From the human T2T-CHM13v2.0 reference genome, Homo sapiens, in the NCBI RefSeq assembly GCF_009914755.1, contig NC_060931.1: a DNA stretch of 64,000 bases. One strand, written 5' to 3'. Positions 1 to 8,811 of this stretch are shown piece after piece. The notes beneath the pieces were generated by a model. The model searched no databases, had not been told where the DNA came from, and saw only the letters and a list, made by a program, of their open reading frames with translations. The position numbers and the translations under genes were made by a program. Position 1 is the first letter of the stretch; each line of letters starts with the position of its first letter.

Positions 1-1592
1 TCCCAGGGCGGGAGCACCTCGTTCCAGTCCGGCAGCTCGTCTCGTGCGGGAGCGGGGGCGGGGGGCGGGGGCTGCGGGGAGCGGACGTGGGTGGGGGCGG
101 GGGCGGCACGGGGGGGCGGCACGGGCTCGGGAGGGGCGTTCTTCTTCCGCTTCCGCTTCTCCTCCACCTCCTCGATGATGCTGACCACGTCGTCCGCTGG
201 CAGGTGGAGTTTGGTGGACAGCTCAATGAGGCTGTCGATCGTCTGCGGATCCATCTCCTCGTCGTCCTCCTCCTCCCCGCCCTCCTCTGTCCCCTCGGCC
301 TCCTTCCGCCGGTGGCCCGGCGTCTCCTCCTGGGAGCGCTTGTCCTCGGCGCCGGCTTCCCCGTCCTCCTCCTCCGCGAACAGGAGCGCGTTCTGCCGCG
401 CCCTCTCCGCCTCCTCCGCCTCTGCCTCCGCCTCGGCCGCCTCCTCATCCTCTTCCCCCACCCTCTCCTCCCCGCCGCGTCTCTCCTGCTCCGCCTCCTC
501 CTCCTCCCTTGCACTCTCTCGCTCCTCCGCCGCCTCCTGCAGCCCCCGACCCCCGAGGCCGCGCTGCCGGGCCCCGCCCTGCAGCAAATACTGGAGCAGC
601 AGGTCCGAGGCGAGGTCGGCCAGCCGCTCTTCCTGCGCCGCGGCCTGCCGCGTGGCCTCCGCCTGCCGCCGCCCGGCCTCCACCTGCGCCAGCCCTTGCT
701 GGAGAAGGCGCTCGCCCGCCTCGGAGCCGCCCAGGAGTGCGCTCTCCGGCCGGCGCGCCTTGGGGAACGGGGCGGCCACGCCTTGGTACGCCTTGGACAG
801 GGGTGCCAATGCCTCGCCTAGGTGTGTTTTGGGGGAGGACACTCCTTCCCCGAACTTGTGGGTTTCGGGAAGGGGCCCGCTGTCGGGCATACGCGCCTGG
901 AATTGAGAGGGGGCCGGGGGCGGCAGGGGCGCGCGCTCCGGGACACGCGCCTGGAACTCTCCCCAGGAAGCGCGCCATACGCGCTCTGGCCCCGGGCTCT
1001 CCAGATTCACTCGGGTCAGCGTGTGCGTGCGGGTTTCCGTCTCTGCTGCCGCCGTCTCCTGCTGGCGCTTGGCGCTACTTGGACTGAAATCTCGCAGTTC
1101 CTGGAGCAGGGACGCTAGCGCCTCGAGCTCCTCGGAGGGATCGCTCGCCTCGGGCCCATTCTCCGGAGTCTGAGGGCGAGGCGGAGCCGCGGGCTCCGGG
1201 CTCTCCGGCGCCGGGAGGCTGTGGGTCTGGCTGCGCACGGTCTCGGTCAGCAGAGCTTCAGCTGCTTCTTCCTCCGGCCCCTGCTGGGAGCCGCTTGGTG
1301 CCGGGGGTGAGGCGGGACGGTCGAGTGCCTGCAGCAGCACCGCGGCCAGCGCCCGGGGATCCACGCCCTGGAAAAGCTCTCCCTCGTCCTGCGGCTCGGA
1401 ATTCCGAGCGCCTCGGACCTCTGGGGCGCTGCCATCCTTTGGCCCGGGCACTGCGTCCCCGGCTACCGGCTCTTTATGCTCAGAGCTGAGAGGAGGAGGC
1501 TGCGCCTCAGGGCGACCAGGGGGTGCTGCCCCTAACCCGTTGATCAGCAGAAGGCAGAAGAGGGCGGAAGCCGACAATCTGAGGGCTTTCAT
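1..1592 (-). CDS. VGF: Neurosecretory protein VGF precursor (granin family), partial: codons 1-~530, C-terminus lies beyond the window start
   Basis: ATG at 1592 reads MKALRLSASALFCLLLINGLGA (signal peptide). The frame stays open to base 1 through RPESALLGGSEAGERLLQQGLAQVEA-GRR (NERP-1, starts at 752), QAEATRQAAAQEERLADLASDLLLQYLLQGG (NERP-2), the acidic E-rich tract and KRKRKK-NAPPEPVPPP. It is absent from the ORF track because its stop is outside the window. Exon acceptor (tttttcag) at 1612. Confidence 0.98.
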   Translation of the reverse strand, partial: MKALRLSASALFCLLLINGLGAAPPGRPEAQPPPLSSEHKEPVAGDAVPGPKDGSAPEVRGARNSEPQDEGELFQGVDPRALAAVLLQALDRPASPPAPSGSQQGPEEEAAEALLTETVRSQTHSLPAPESPEPAAPPRPQTPENGPEASDPSEELEALASLLQELRDFSPSSAKRQQETAAAETETRTHTLTRVNLESPGPERVWRASWGEFQARVPERAPLPPPAPSQFQARMPDSGPLPETHKFGEGVSSPKTHLGEALAPLSKAYQGVAAPFPKARRPESALLGGSEAGERLLQQGLAQVEAGRRQAEATRQAAAQEERLADLASDLLLQYLLQGGARQRGLGGRGLQEAAEERESAREEEEAEQERRGGEERVGEEDEEAAEAEAEAEEAERARQNALLFAEEEDGEAGAEDKRSQEETPGHRRKEAEGTEEGGEEEDDEEMDPQTIDSLIELSTKLHLPADDVVSIIEEVEEKRKRKKNAPPEPVPPPRAAPAPTHVRSPQPPPPAPAPARDELPDWNEVLPPW

Positions 1593-2122
1593 GACCAAGA
1601 GGCTGCCGGAGACTGAAAAATAGAAGGGACCAAAAAAAGAGGATTTCTGTAAGAATTCCCCTCTCTAGGTCTACGTTCCCTTCCCCCACCTTTCAGCAGG
1701 AAACCCGGGGCTTCCCTGATCCCCCAAACCTTACCCAGAAGAGGAACGTTTAGGAGCAAAGGAGGAAGATGTTGTGCCGATCTCTGGAGCCGTGTAAATG
1801 GGAAAATAACCCCCGAAGCCCTCGCTTACCCAGGGCCTCCTCGGCCCCTTCCCTGAGCCATCTCACTGCCATCGCCCACGTACTAAGCAGCAGCAATATG
1901 GGGGAAAAAAAAATCTCTGCTCCCTCCCCGTAGGACTCCCCGGATGGTGCGTGGGCGACTTCAGCAGCAAGAGAAAAAGCTGCGACTCCCCCGTTTACCG
2001 GGGACCCTTACCAGGGGGCTCCCCGCTGTGTTTGCAACACCCCCATCGAGAGGAGAGAGAACCCTCCCTCACGCCCACGGCTGGCTGCCGAGGGTTTGAG
2101 GGACGAACAGCGGAGTATTTAC

Positions 2123-2320
2123 CAGCTGGTGTCACGACGCGAGAGGTGGAGAGGAGGGTCGGGGCAGGGTGGGGACAGGGGAAGATCGGGACGCGTCCGC
2201 CTCGGCTCCGAGCGGTGGCCGGGGTAGGAGCGACGGTCGAGGTCTGGCGTCCCGTGGGCTGGGCTCAGCTGGGTCGGCGCGGCTCCGGGCGGCTAGCTCG
2301 CTCCGGCTTCAGCACGCTGG
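2123..2320 (-). other. VGF: VGF non-coding first exon (5'UTR)
   Basis: Donor CTG|GTAAAT at 2123/2122; TATA-like TTTATAA about 25-30 nt upstream of the inferred start; no ATG in the exon. The 5' end is approximate. Confidence 0.8.
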
Positions 2321-2328
2321 ACAGCGCC
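2308..2328 (+). promoter_or_regulatory. RE1/NRSE (REST site) overlapping the VGF transcription start
   Basis: TTCAGCACGCTGGACAGCGCC versus consensus TTCAGCACCnnGGACAGCGCC; one mismatch at an informative position. Confidence 0.88.
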
Positions 2329-2343
2329 CGCGCCTCCACCGCC

Positions 2344-2456
2344 TTATAAAGGGGAGCGCGCGGGGTCACGTGGGCGCGCCCCGCCCCATTGACGTCAATG
2401 TTCATTCATGGGGAAGCGGGCGGCCGCCCGGAGGAGGAAGGACGCCCGACGATTGG
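2344..2456 (-). promoter_or_regulatory. VGF: VGF proximal promoter: TATA, E-box, GC box, CRE palindrome, CCAAT
   Basis: TTTATAA 2344-2350; CACGTG 2367-2372; GC box ~2377-2387; TGACGTCA 2390-2397 inside the 14-bp palindrome CATTGACGTCAATG 2387-2400; CCAAT (minus strand) 2452-2456. Confidence 0.9.
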
Positions 2457-2535
2457 AGGGTGCCTGCCTCTCCCGGCCTGCGCCTGCGCGCTGGGGCCTT
2501 CGGCTGAAGGGGTGTGCGCTAGCGGAGCTCCGGGA

Positions 2536-2650
2536 AATGAATGAATGAATGAATGAATGAAATGCTGAAGCGGGCAGGGCGGGGGGCTATGAATGAATGA
2601 AGGAGGGACGAGGAGAAAAGGATGAATGAATGAATGGGAGAATGAATGGA
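2536..2650. repeat. (AATG)n / (TCAT)n tetranucleotide repeat clusters
   Basis: About six perfect AATG units at 2536-2560 and further short runs at 2589-2601 and 2622-2649. Confidence 0.9.
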
Positions 2651-4714
2651 AGGGTGGATGCAGAGGCGCTGGAAGGCGGGAGGGTGGGTTGCAGAGCAAC
2701 TTGGAGCTGCTGGATGGAGCCCGCGTTGCTGAGTGGAATAGAAAAAGGGTAGTCCCAGCGTCTGACTGGGCACCAGTGGGAGCTCAATACTGGGGAGGGG
2801 AAGGATAAAGATTCAAGAGCCGACCAGGGGGCCGGGTTCCCCACCCCGAGACCACGCGCCCAAGGACGGCGTGAACCTGAGTGCAGAGGGACAGATCTGC
2901 ACGCCTGCGGGCGCTGTCCGCGAATCGGCAGTGCGGGTGGCAGCCCCCTGACAGGGGCAGATGGGTGGATCTTGCGGTTTTGGTAATCCCATCGGGAAGG
3001 GTCCGAGTCGGAAGAGAAAAGGGAAAGAATGAGGATGTGTGTGCCTCTGGGTCGTGTCTGTTTCACGATCCGTGCTGTGTCTGGAGAAAAAGGTGTGTCT
3101 GTCCTTCTGTCCCCTGACTGCCGCTTGTGTCAAGGCCCCCCGCTGTGCCCCCTTCGGCCCATCTCTTCCCACACTCCCCCAGTCGCTTTCCCTCCTGCCG
3201 CTCCCCTCCCCCAAGGACGTTTGGAGGGCGAGACCAGAGCAGGTGGGGAGGGGGTTGCGCAGGTGGGGGGGGGGTGACTCAACTCCAGCTCTCTCCACCG
3301 CTTAAAGGGAAGGTTTGAACGCGATGGGAGGGGGACCTGCAACGTCAGAGATAGCCCCTCTCTGCCACCAGCCCCTTCGACCGTATCTCCTGCCAGAGAG
3401 GTTGGGGCTGGGGGCTTGGACAGCTAGAGGTTCCGGGGGTGGGGGGCGATGACGCACAGATTTGCGCAAAGAGAATCCATCAGAGAGCTGGGTCCGGTGA
3501 AGGGAGACCAGCCGTGGGCGGGGGTGGGGGGGAGGACGGAAATGGGGAGGGGGCAGGGGAGAGGAGAGGGTGGCAAGGGGGGCAGCCACTGCAGGAATGA
3601 AGGGGAGGGAGGGAGGAAGCCTGGAGGGGGCTGCGGTGCTGGCAGAGAGCGGTGCGGGGGCGTGGGCAGGGAAGGGGGGAATGACAATGACACACGCCAG
3701 ACACACACGAACTGCGGACATAGGGGTGCTCGTGGGCACACGCAGGGCACCCGCACCCTGAGACTCTGGAAACCAAGGTCAGGGCTGTCTGTCAGGGTCT
3801 TAGAGACTCTTTCAGAAACGGTCCTCGCCCCCCTCCTCACCTCTTCCTGGCACTGACCCTCCTTCTAACCTCCCCCTCCCTACACACACACTCACGTGCT
3901 TTCTCTCTATAACCAGCAGTGGCTTCTCGCTTCCATCAGTGGCTCGACTTTCCCAGAAGAAAGCCCATCAGCTCTGCGGGGAAAGAAATGGGGAGGAGTG
4001 GAGAGGGAGAAAAGAGAGAAGAGATGGGGGCAGGGGAGGAGGAAGGAATGAAGGGATCTGGAACAGGTAGAAGGAGCAGGCTAAAGGAGAAAAAAAAACT
4101 GAGAACCAAGGTGACAGTGGAGATTCCAAAGAAAGGAGGGAAAAGAGGGGGTAGGAGACCCCGAGGCAATGCCTCCCATCCCCACGCACAACTAACCACG
4201 GCCTCCCCTCCTTCCTCTCCCCGCCCCCATGTCCCCTTCATCTTCCCAGCCTGGATACAGAGAGCAGTGGGATGGGGAGGGGGTCACGTTACCTTCCTGA
4301 GGAGGATGAATCAGAGAGAGATGGCTCAGACATCTGGAGAGGGGGAGGGGAAGCCATCCAAGAGAGAAGGGAGAGGGGAGGGAGGGAGCCAAGGGGGCTG
4401 ACTGAGTGGCTGATGGGGATCAGAGACCAAGTTGCAAGATGAGAGAAGACAGGCACCTGGAGAAACTGTATTTGCCTGTTGGCTTGTGTATGCACACACA
4501 CCTGCGTGTACATGTACATGGCTTGTGCATGTGTGTTTATGTGTGTATGGAGATGAATGAGATACATGGCCGGGGCGGGGAGAAAAAGAAAGGGAATGGG
4601 GGGAAGCAATTGTGTATTTAATCAGATCAAGAGTGGATGGGCATGGTAGTGTTTCCAATTTAACTATGTGATGTTCTATTCCAGTCTGTGTGGCTGTGTT
4701 TGTGTTTGCTTCCA

Positions 4715-4780
4715 GGTGTGGGTGTGTGTGCACGCGCGCGTGTGTGTGTGCTGGGTTGTTTTTTTTTTTTTTTTTTTTTT
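4715..4780. repeat. (TG)n/(CG)n and poly-T simple repeats
   Basis: gtgtgggtgtgtgtgcacgcgcgcgtgtgtgtgtg followed by a T run of about 22. Confidence 0.85.
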
Positions 4781-6046
4781 ATCTCTTCTGCATGCCTGTA
4801 TGCCCATGCAGTTTGGAGTCTTTGAGCACACCCAGTTCTGGGCATCCGCTGGTGTCCAAAAAGTGTGCCTGGCTTGGTGGTACACAACAATGTGTGTGTA
4901 AGCACACACATGCCCCCACTCCACATCCCTCCCTTCCTCCACTTAAGCTCACAAGCCCAGGAGAGTTTCTCAGAAATCAGCATCCCCAAGGCTCCAGTCG
5001 TCCTGTCGTGAGGGAGCGGGGTGGATATGAATGCCTGGGGCACAAAAGGCTTGGAGATTCCACAATCTGGGTCTTGACTCTGTCTGCATGGTCTCTGGAC
5101 TCATTCTGTTTCTGCCTCTCTCCATCCCAGTTCCCTACCTGGGTCAGCTCATTCACACACTACTCGCCTCTACTGGGGGTGAGCTGTGCCCTTCATACCC
5201 TGCTGCCTCTAGGGGCTTCTGGACTGGGCACAGGTTCTTGGGATAGGGAAAGGAGGGAGACAGTAGAAAAAGAAAGAGAAGTGAAGAGACTGGGAGAGAC
5301 AGAGTGCTGGAAAAGGCAGAGCCCATATGGGGACCTAGTTGGGGATGCCTGGTATTGGTTCTGACTTGTTTGTGTGAATCCATCATCTCTCTTTGTATTT
5401 GTTTCTAAATCTCCCTCCAAGAGGGTAGCTGGAGAAGATGGGGTCCAGCATCGTAGGGTTCCAAGCTGAAGATGTGGAAAACCAGGAGAGTGGGGAAGAG
5501 CACTGGGTCTTTTCCCTGAGAAGGTCTGGGAGAGAAAGAGAGAGCAGGGGCTTGTGGACCCCGAAGCTCACCGGTCCCCTCTTCTCCTCCCCCTCCCCCC
5601 AACCGGTGACTCACCTCTGCAGCCTTTAACTGCGTCAGCCATGGTGGAGGGGCAGGCAGGGAGGGGGCACTTTATGAGAGGGGAAGGGGTCTCCACTTTG
5701 AACTTACAGAAGATGCTGAAGGCCCCCTGAAAATTGCCCCATTTAGAACACACTCTTGCCCTATCCTCTCCCCATCCCAGAGCTGGGGAATCCTGGGGAA
5801 GGGACTGAGGGGTGGGCTGGGGGCTACGGGAGGGTCTGGAATGATGAGTGATGGGAAGGGGGTGCCCACCCTGATTTTTAGTCCTGAGGTCCCATTCGCC
5901 CTCAGACCCCCACCCACTCCTGAGTGGGGGAGGGGAGACCCAGCAAGCGGGGGAGGGCAACGCCGCAGAGATGAGTCACCAAGAAAGAGAGAGAGAAAGA
6001 GACAGAGATGGGGAGAGACACGAAGAGAGAGCCACTGGAGAGACTA

Positions 6047-6092
6047 ACACACACACACACACACTCAAATACACACACAGACACACACACAC
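6047..6092. repeat. Imperfect (CA)n microsatellite
   Basis: acacacacacacacacactcaaatacacacacagacacacacacac. Confidence 0.85.
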
Positions 6093-7256
6093 CATCAAGG
6101 TGGTATCCACCAAGAGAAAGAAAACCACTTCTGTCATCCTGAACCAGCCTCCTTCAACTTCCACCTGTCACACACATAACACACTGTCCTACAGAATCAC
6201 ACTGAGATTCGGAGACACACCCACTTACACAAACACAATGTCACACCTAGCCTAGCAGTTACCCAGACCTAGGCTGGAGATGTGTGCAGGGCAATGGAGG
6301 TGTGCTCTAAGTGTTCTCACTCATTCCTTTTACCAGGTGGAGGGAGGGGCGCCAAAACCCTCAAGGAATGCGACTTCAGAGACCCAAGACGCGGTTGCAG
6401 GGACTCACAGGCTGCGCTGTGCACACTCGACAATACACACAAGTCGCCTGCCTCCCCGTCCACACGCACATAGTAACATATCAAGCATCGTCCTCATCAA
6501 AAAGCAACAGAAAAAAAACCACTTGAGGTACCTGATTCTGGGGTACACCAGGCACGTTGTCCCGAATCCATCCCACCCAGACACCCCCTGACTCGTACAC
6601 ACATGTACAGAAACGCAGACACACAAAGACGCCCACGGACACACTCACACGGACGAAAACCACCTTGTGCTGCCTTGCCCGCGTCCGCGCACGTCCTGGC
6701 GCCCCCGTGTGTTACTTTGGGGGATCGCAGTCTCCGCCAATCCAGAGCAGGCTTCGCGGGGGCGGTGCCCAGGCTCTCTCCACCTCCTCCACCCACCACG
6801 GGTTGCCCACCTAGAAAAGGGGAAAGCGATACCGGCTGGCCACGGGCAAGTCTGGAACTGGGGGTTAGATGCCTGGATCCTGGCTGATGGAAGCTGGTCT
6901 TGGATGCCAAGTGGGACTTGGGAGAAGAACTCACAGAATTTGGGTAGCAGCCGACTCCCAGGTCCAGGGAAAAGCGAGGCCCAGGGCGAGTCAGGAGGCC
7001 GTGCTGCTGCCCACCTCGGTCCTGAGCAGCGGCTTCTTTCCTCCGCTTGGCAGGGGTGGGGTAGGGGCGCACAGCCAGCAGCCCTCCTCAGAACCCCTCT
7101 CCACCTCCCCCCTCTCCCCGGGAAGTCATTAGCCCCATTGCCACAGGGCTTAGAGATCCTCTCTGATACAGGCTGCTGGGGAAAGGGGAAGATAATGTGT
7201 CTCATTTCTCCCCATTGGGAAGTGAAACAGACACAGAGGGTGGCCAAAAGGTCCAT

Positions 7257-7262
7257 TTTATT
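7257..7262 (-). terminator. NAT16: NAT16 polyadenylation signal (AATAAA)
   Basis: TTTATT on + is the canonical hexamer I found downstream of the NAT16 stop at 8812, implying a ~1.57 kb 3'UTR. Confidence 0.7.
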
Positions 7263-8811
7263 GTCATACAATCGTGGTCACCGTGACAAGGAGGGTGGCA
7301 GCGTGGCCAGGCACAGGATGCACCCAAGGAGAGCAGCACAGTAGCAAAACCAGAGCTGCGGAAAGTGGCGAAGCGGCGGCTGCCCCTACCCCCCACCTTG
7401 TCCACATTCTTCCACCTGCTGGTGTCCACCTCTGCCCACATCTCGGATCCCATCCCAGCGAACCCCAAACTCACTGTCAACATTCTCCTAGCACCTATGC
7501 ATTGCCCAACAAGAAGTTCAAGCTAACATCATCCCACAGAGCGAAGTTCTAGGTCATGCTCTAGGCTTGGGACACCCGGGTTCTATTCGCTGGGAGGCTC
7601 CTAGCTACTTTGAATGACTTAGAAGTCACTTTGATCTTTCCCAGCCTTCTGTTTTCTCCCTCTGCCTTTGATGTGGGGAACCAGTATTGGAGACAGCGCT
7701 GTGCAGATGCAGCTGTTACTACTTGCAATTAAATAGAAGACTCTCAAAGTTCTAAAAGCATAAATGATCCAGAGAAAGGGAGTGGTGTCCAGAAATACCA
7801 GGAGGTGGGAATTCCAGTTGCACTAGAAGGCGGCCTGGTTGGAACCAGGAGACAGCCCCTATGCCAGGCTGAGGGACCCGCCCTCCACTGTACCAAACTC
7901 TTCAGCTAGAACCACACCACACACACACCACCACCCCGCCCGGCTCGGGTGAGCTGGGGCACGGGAGAGCCTGCGAAATAGCAAAGTTGTGCAAAGCAGG
8001 AGGAAACCCCAGTGAGAGAGGCAGGCTCAGAAAGTGCATCACCAGATGAACAAGGACCCAAATGGGGGAGCATTCTAAATACATTTCATTTTACAGTATC
8101 ACTCTCTCTCTCTCTGGATTGCACACTGGGCTGGTGATGGGAAGGAAAACAGGGACAGAAAAATGGGCACTGCGGTGTTAAGCGTCGTAGAGATCCAGAG
8201 AGGATGAGGATGAGGGGCTAGAGAGAAGTGGGGAGAGGGCACTGATCTCTGGCACCAGAAGCTTGAGCAGGGGGAGGGGATTGGGGTGTGGAGGGCAATG
8301 CAGGACCAGTTTTTAGGGCTTTAGAAAGGGCAGAAGGAAGAAAAGAAACGCGGATTGGGCGGCTGCGCTCGGGAACGAGGCTGGGCATCCCACACACTCC
8401 TGAGTTCTTCCACCCACGAGGGGGCAGAAGGGAGAAGCCAGGAAAGGGGGAGTTCACGCCCCGGGTGAGGTGATGGAGAGGGAAGGAAGGACTCTGAAGC
8501 CTGTGCGGGGACCAGTTCTTTGGAAAAACAGAGGGTGGATAACAGCAGCTCAAGGCCCCCACCCCCAGCCCCCACCTAATAGTCCGCAAGTTCAGGTCAG
8601 GGAGTGGGCAATGGTGTTTGGGGGAGCTAGAGGCAAGATAGTAAGGGCAAAAGGGACAGAGTGGGGGGACCTGCGCCGGTAAGGGCAGGAGGGCAGGAGT
8701 CAGAGGGGACTTCCCAGGAGACGCAGCGTCAGAAATGGCAGGAAAGAGGCTGGCTGGGGAAACTGCGGAAGGGGGCGGGTCTTTTTCCCCCTCCCCGCCA
8801 GAGGAGAGGCC

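Noticed and set aside
87-1087. Long plus-strand ORFs (244, 271 and 192 aa)
   Set aside because: Antisense shadows of the GC-rich, Glu/Ala-rich VGF CDS. They are low-complexity, and the starts I checked (87, 91, 509) are GTG/TTG rather than ATG.
7680-7700. Weak RE1-like sequence ACCAGTATTGGAGACAGCGCT in the NAT16 3'UTR
   Set aside because: About 12/21 match with a poor left half, and it lies within a MIR-like remnant.
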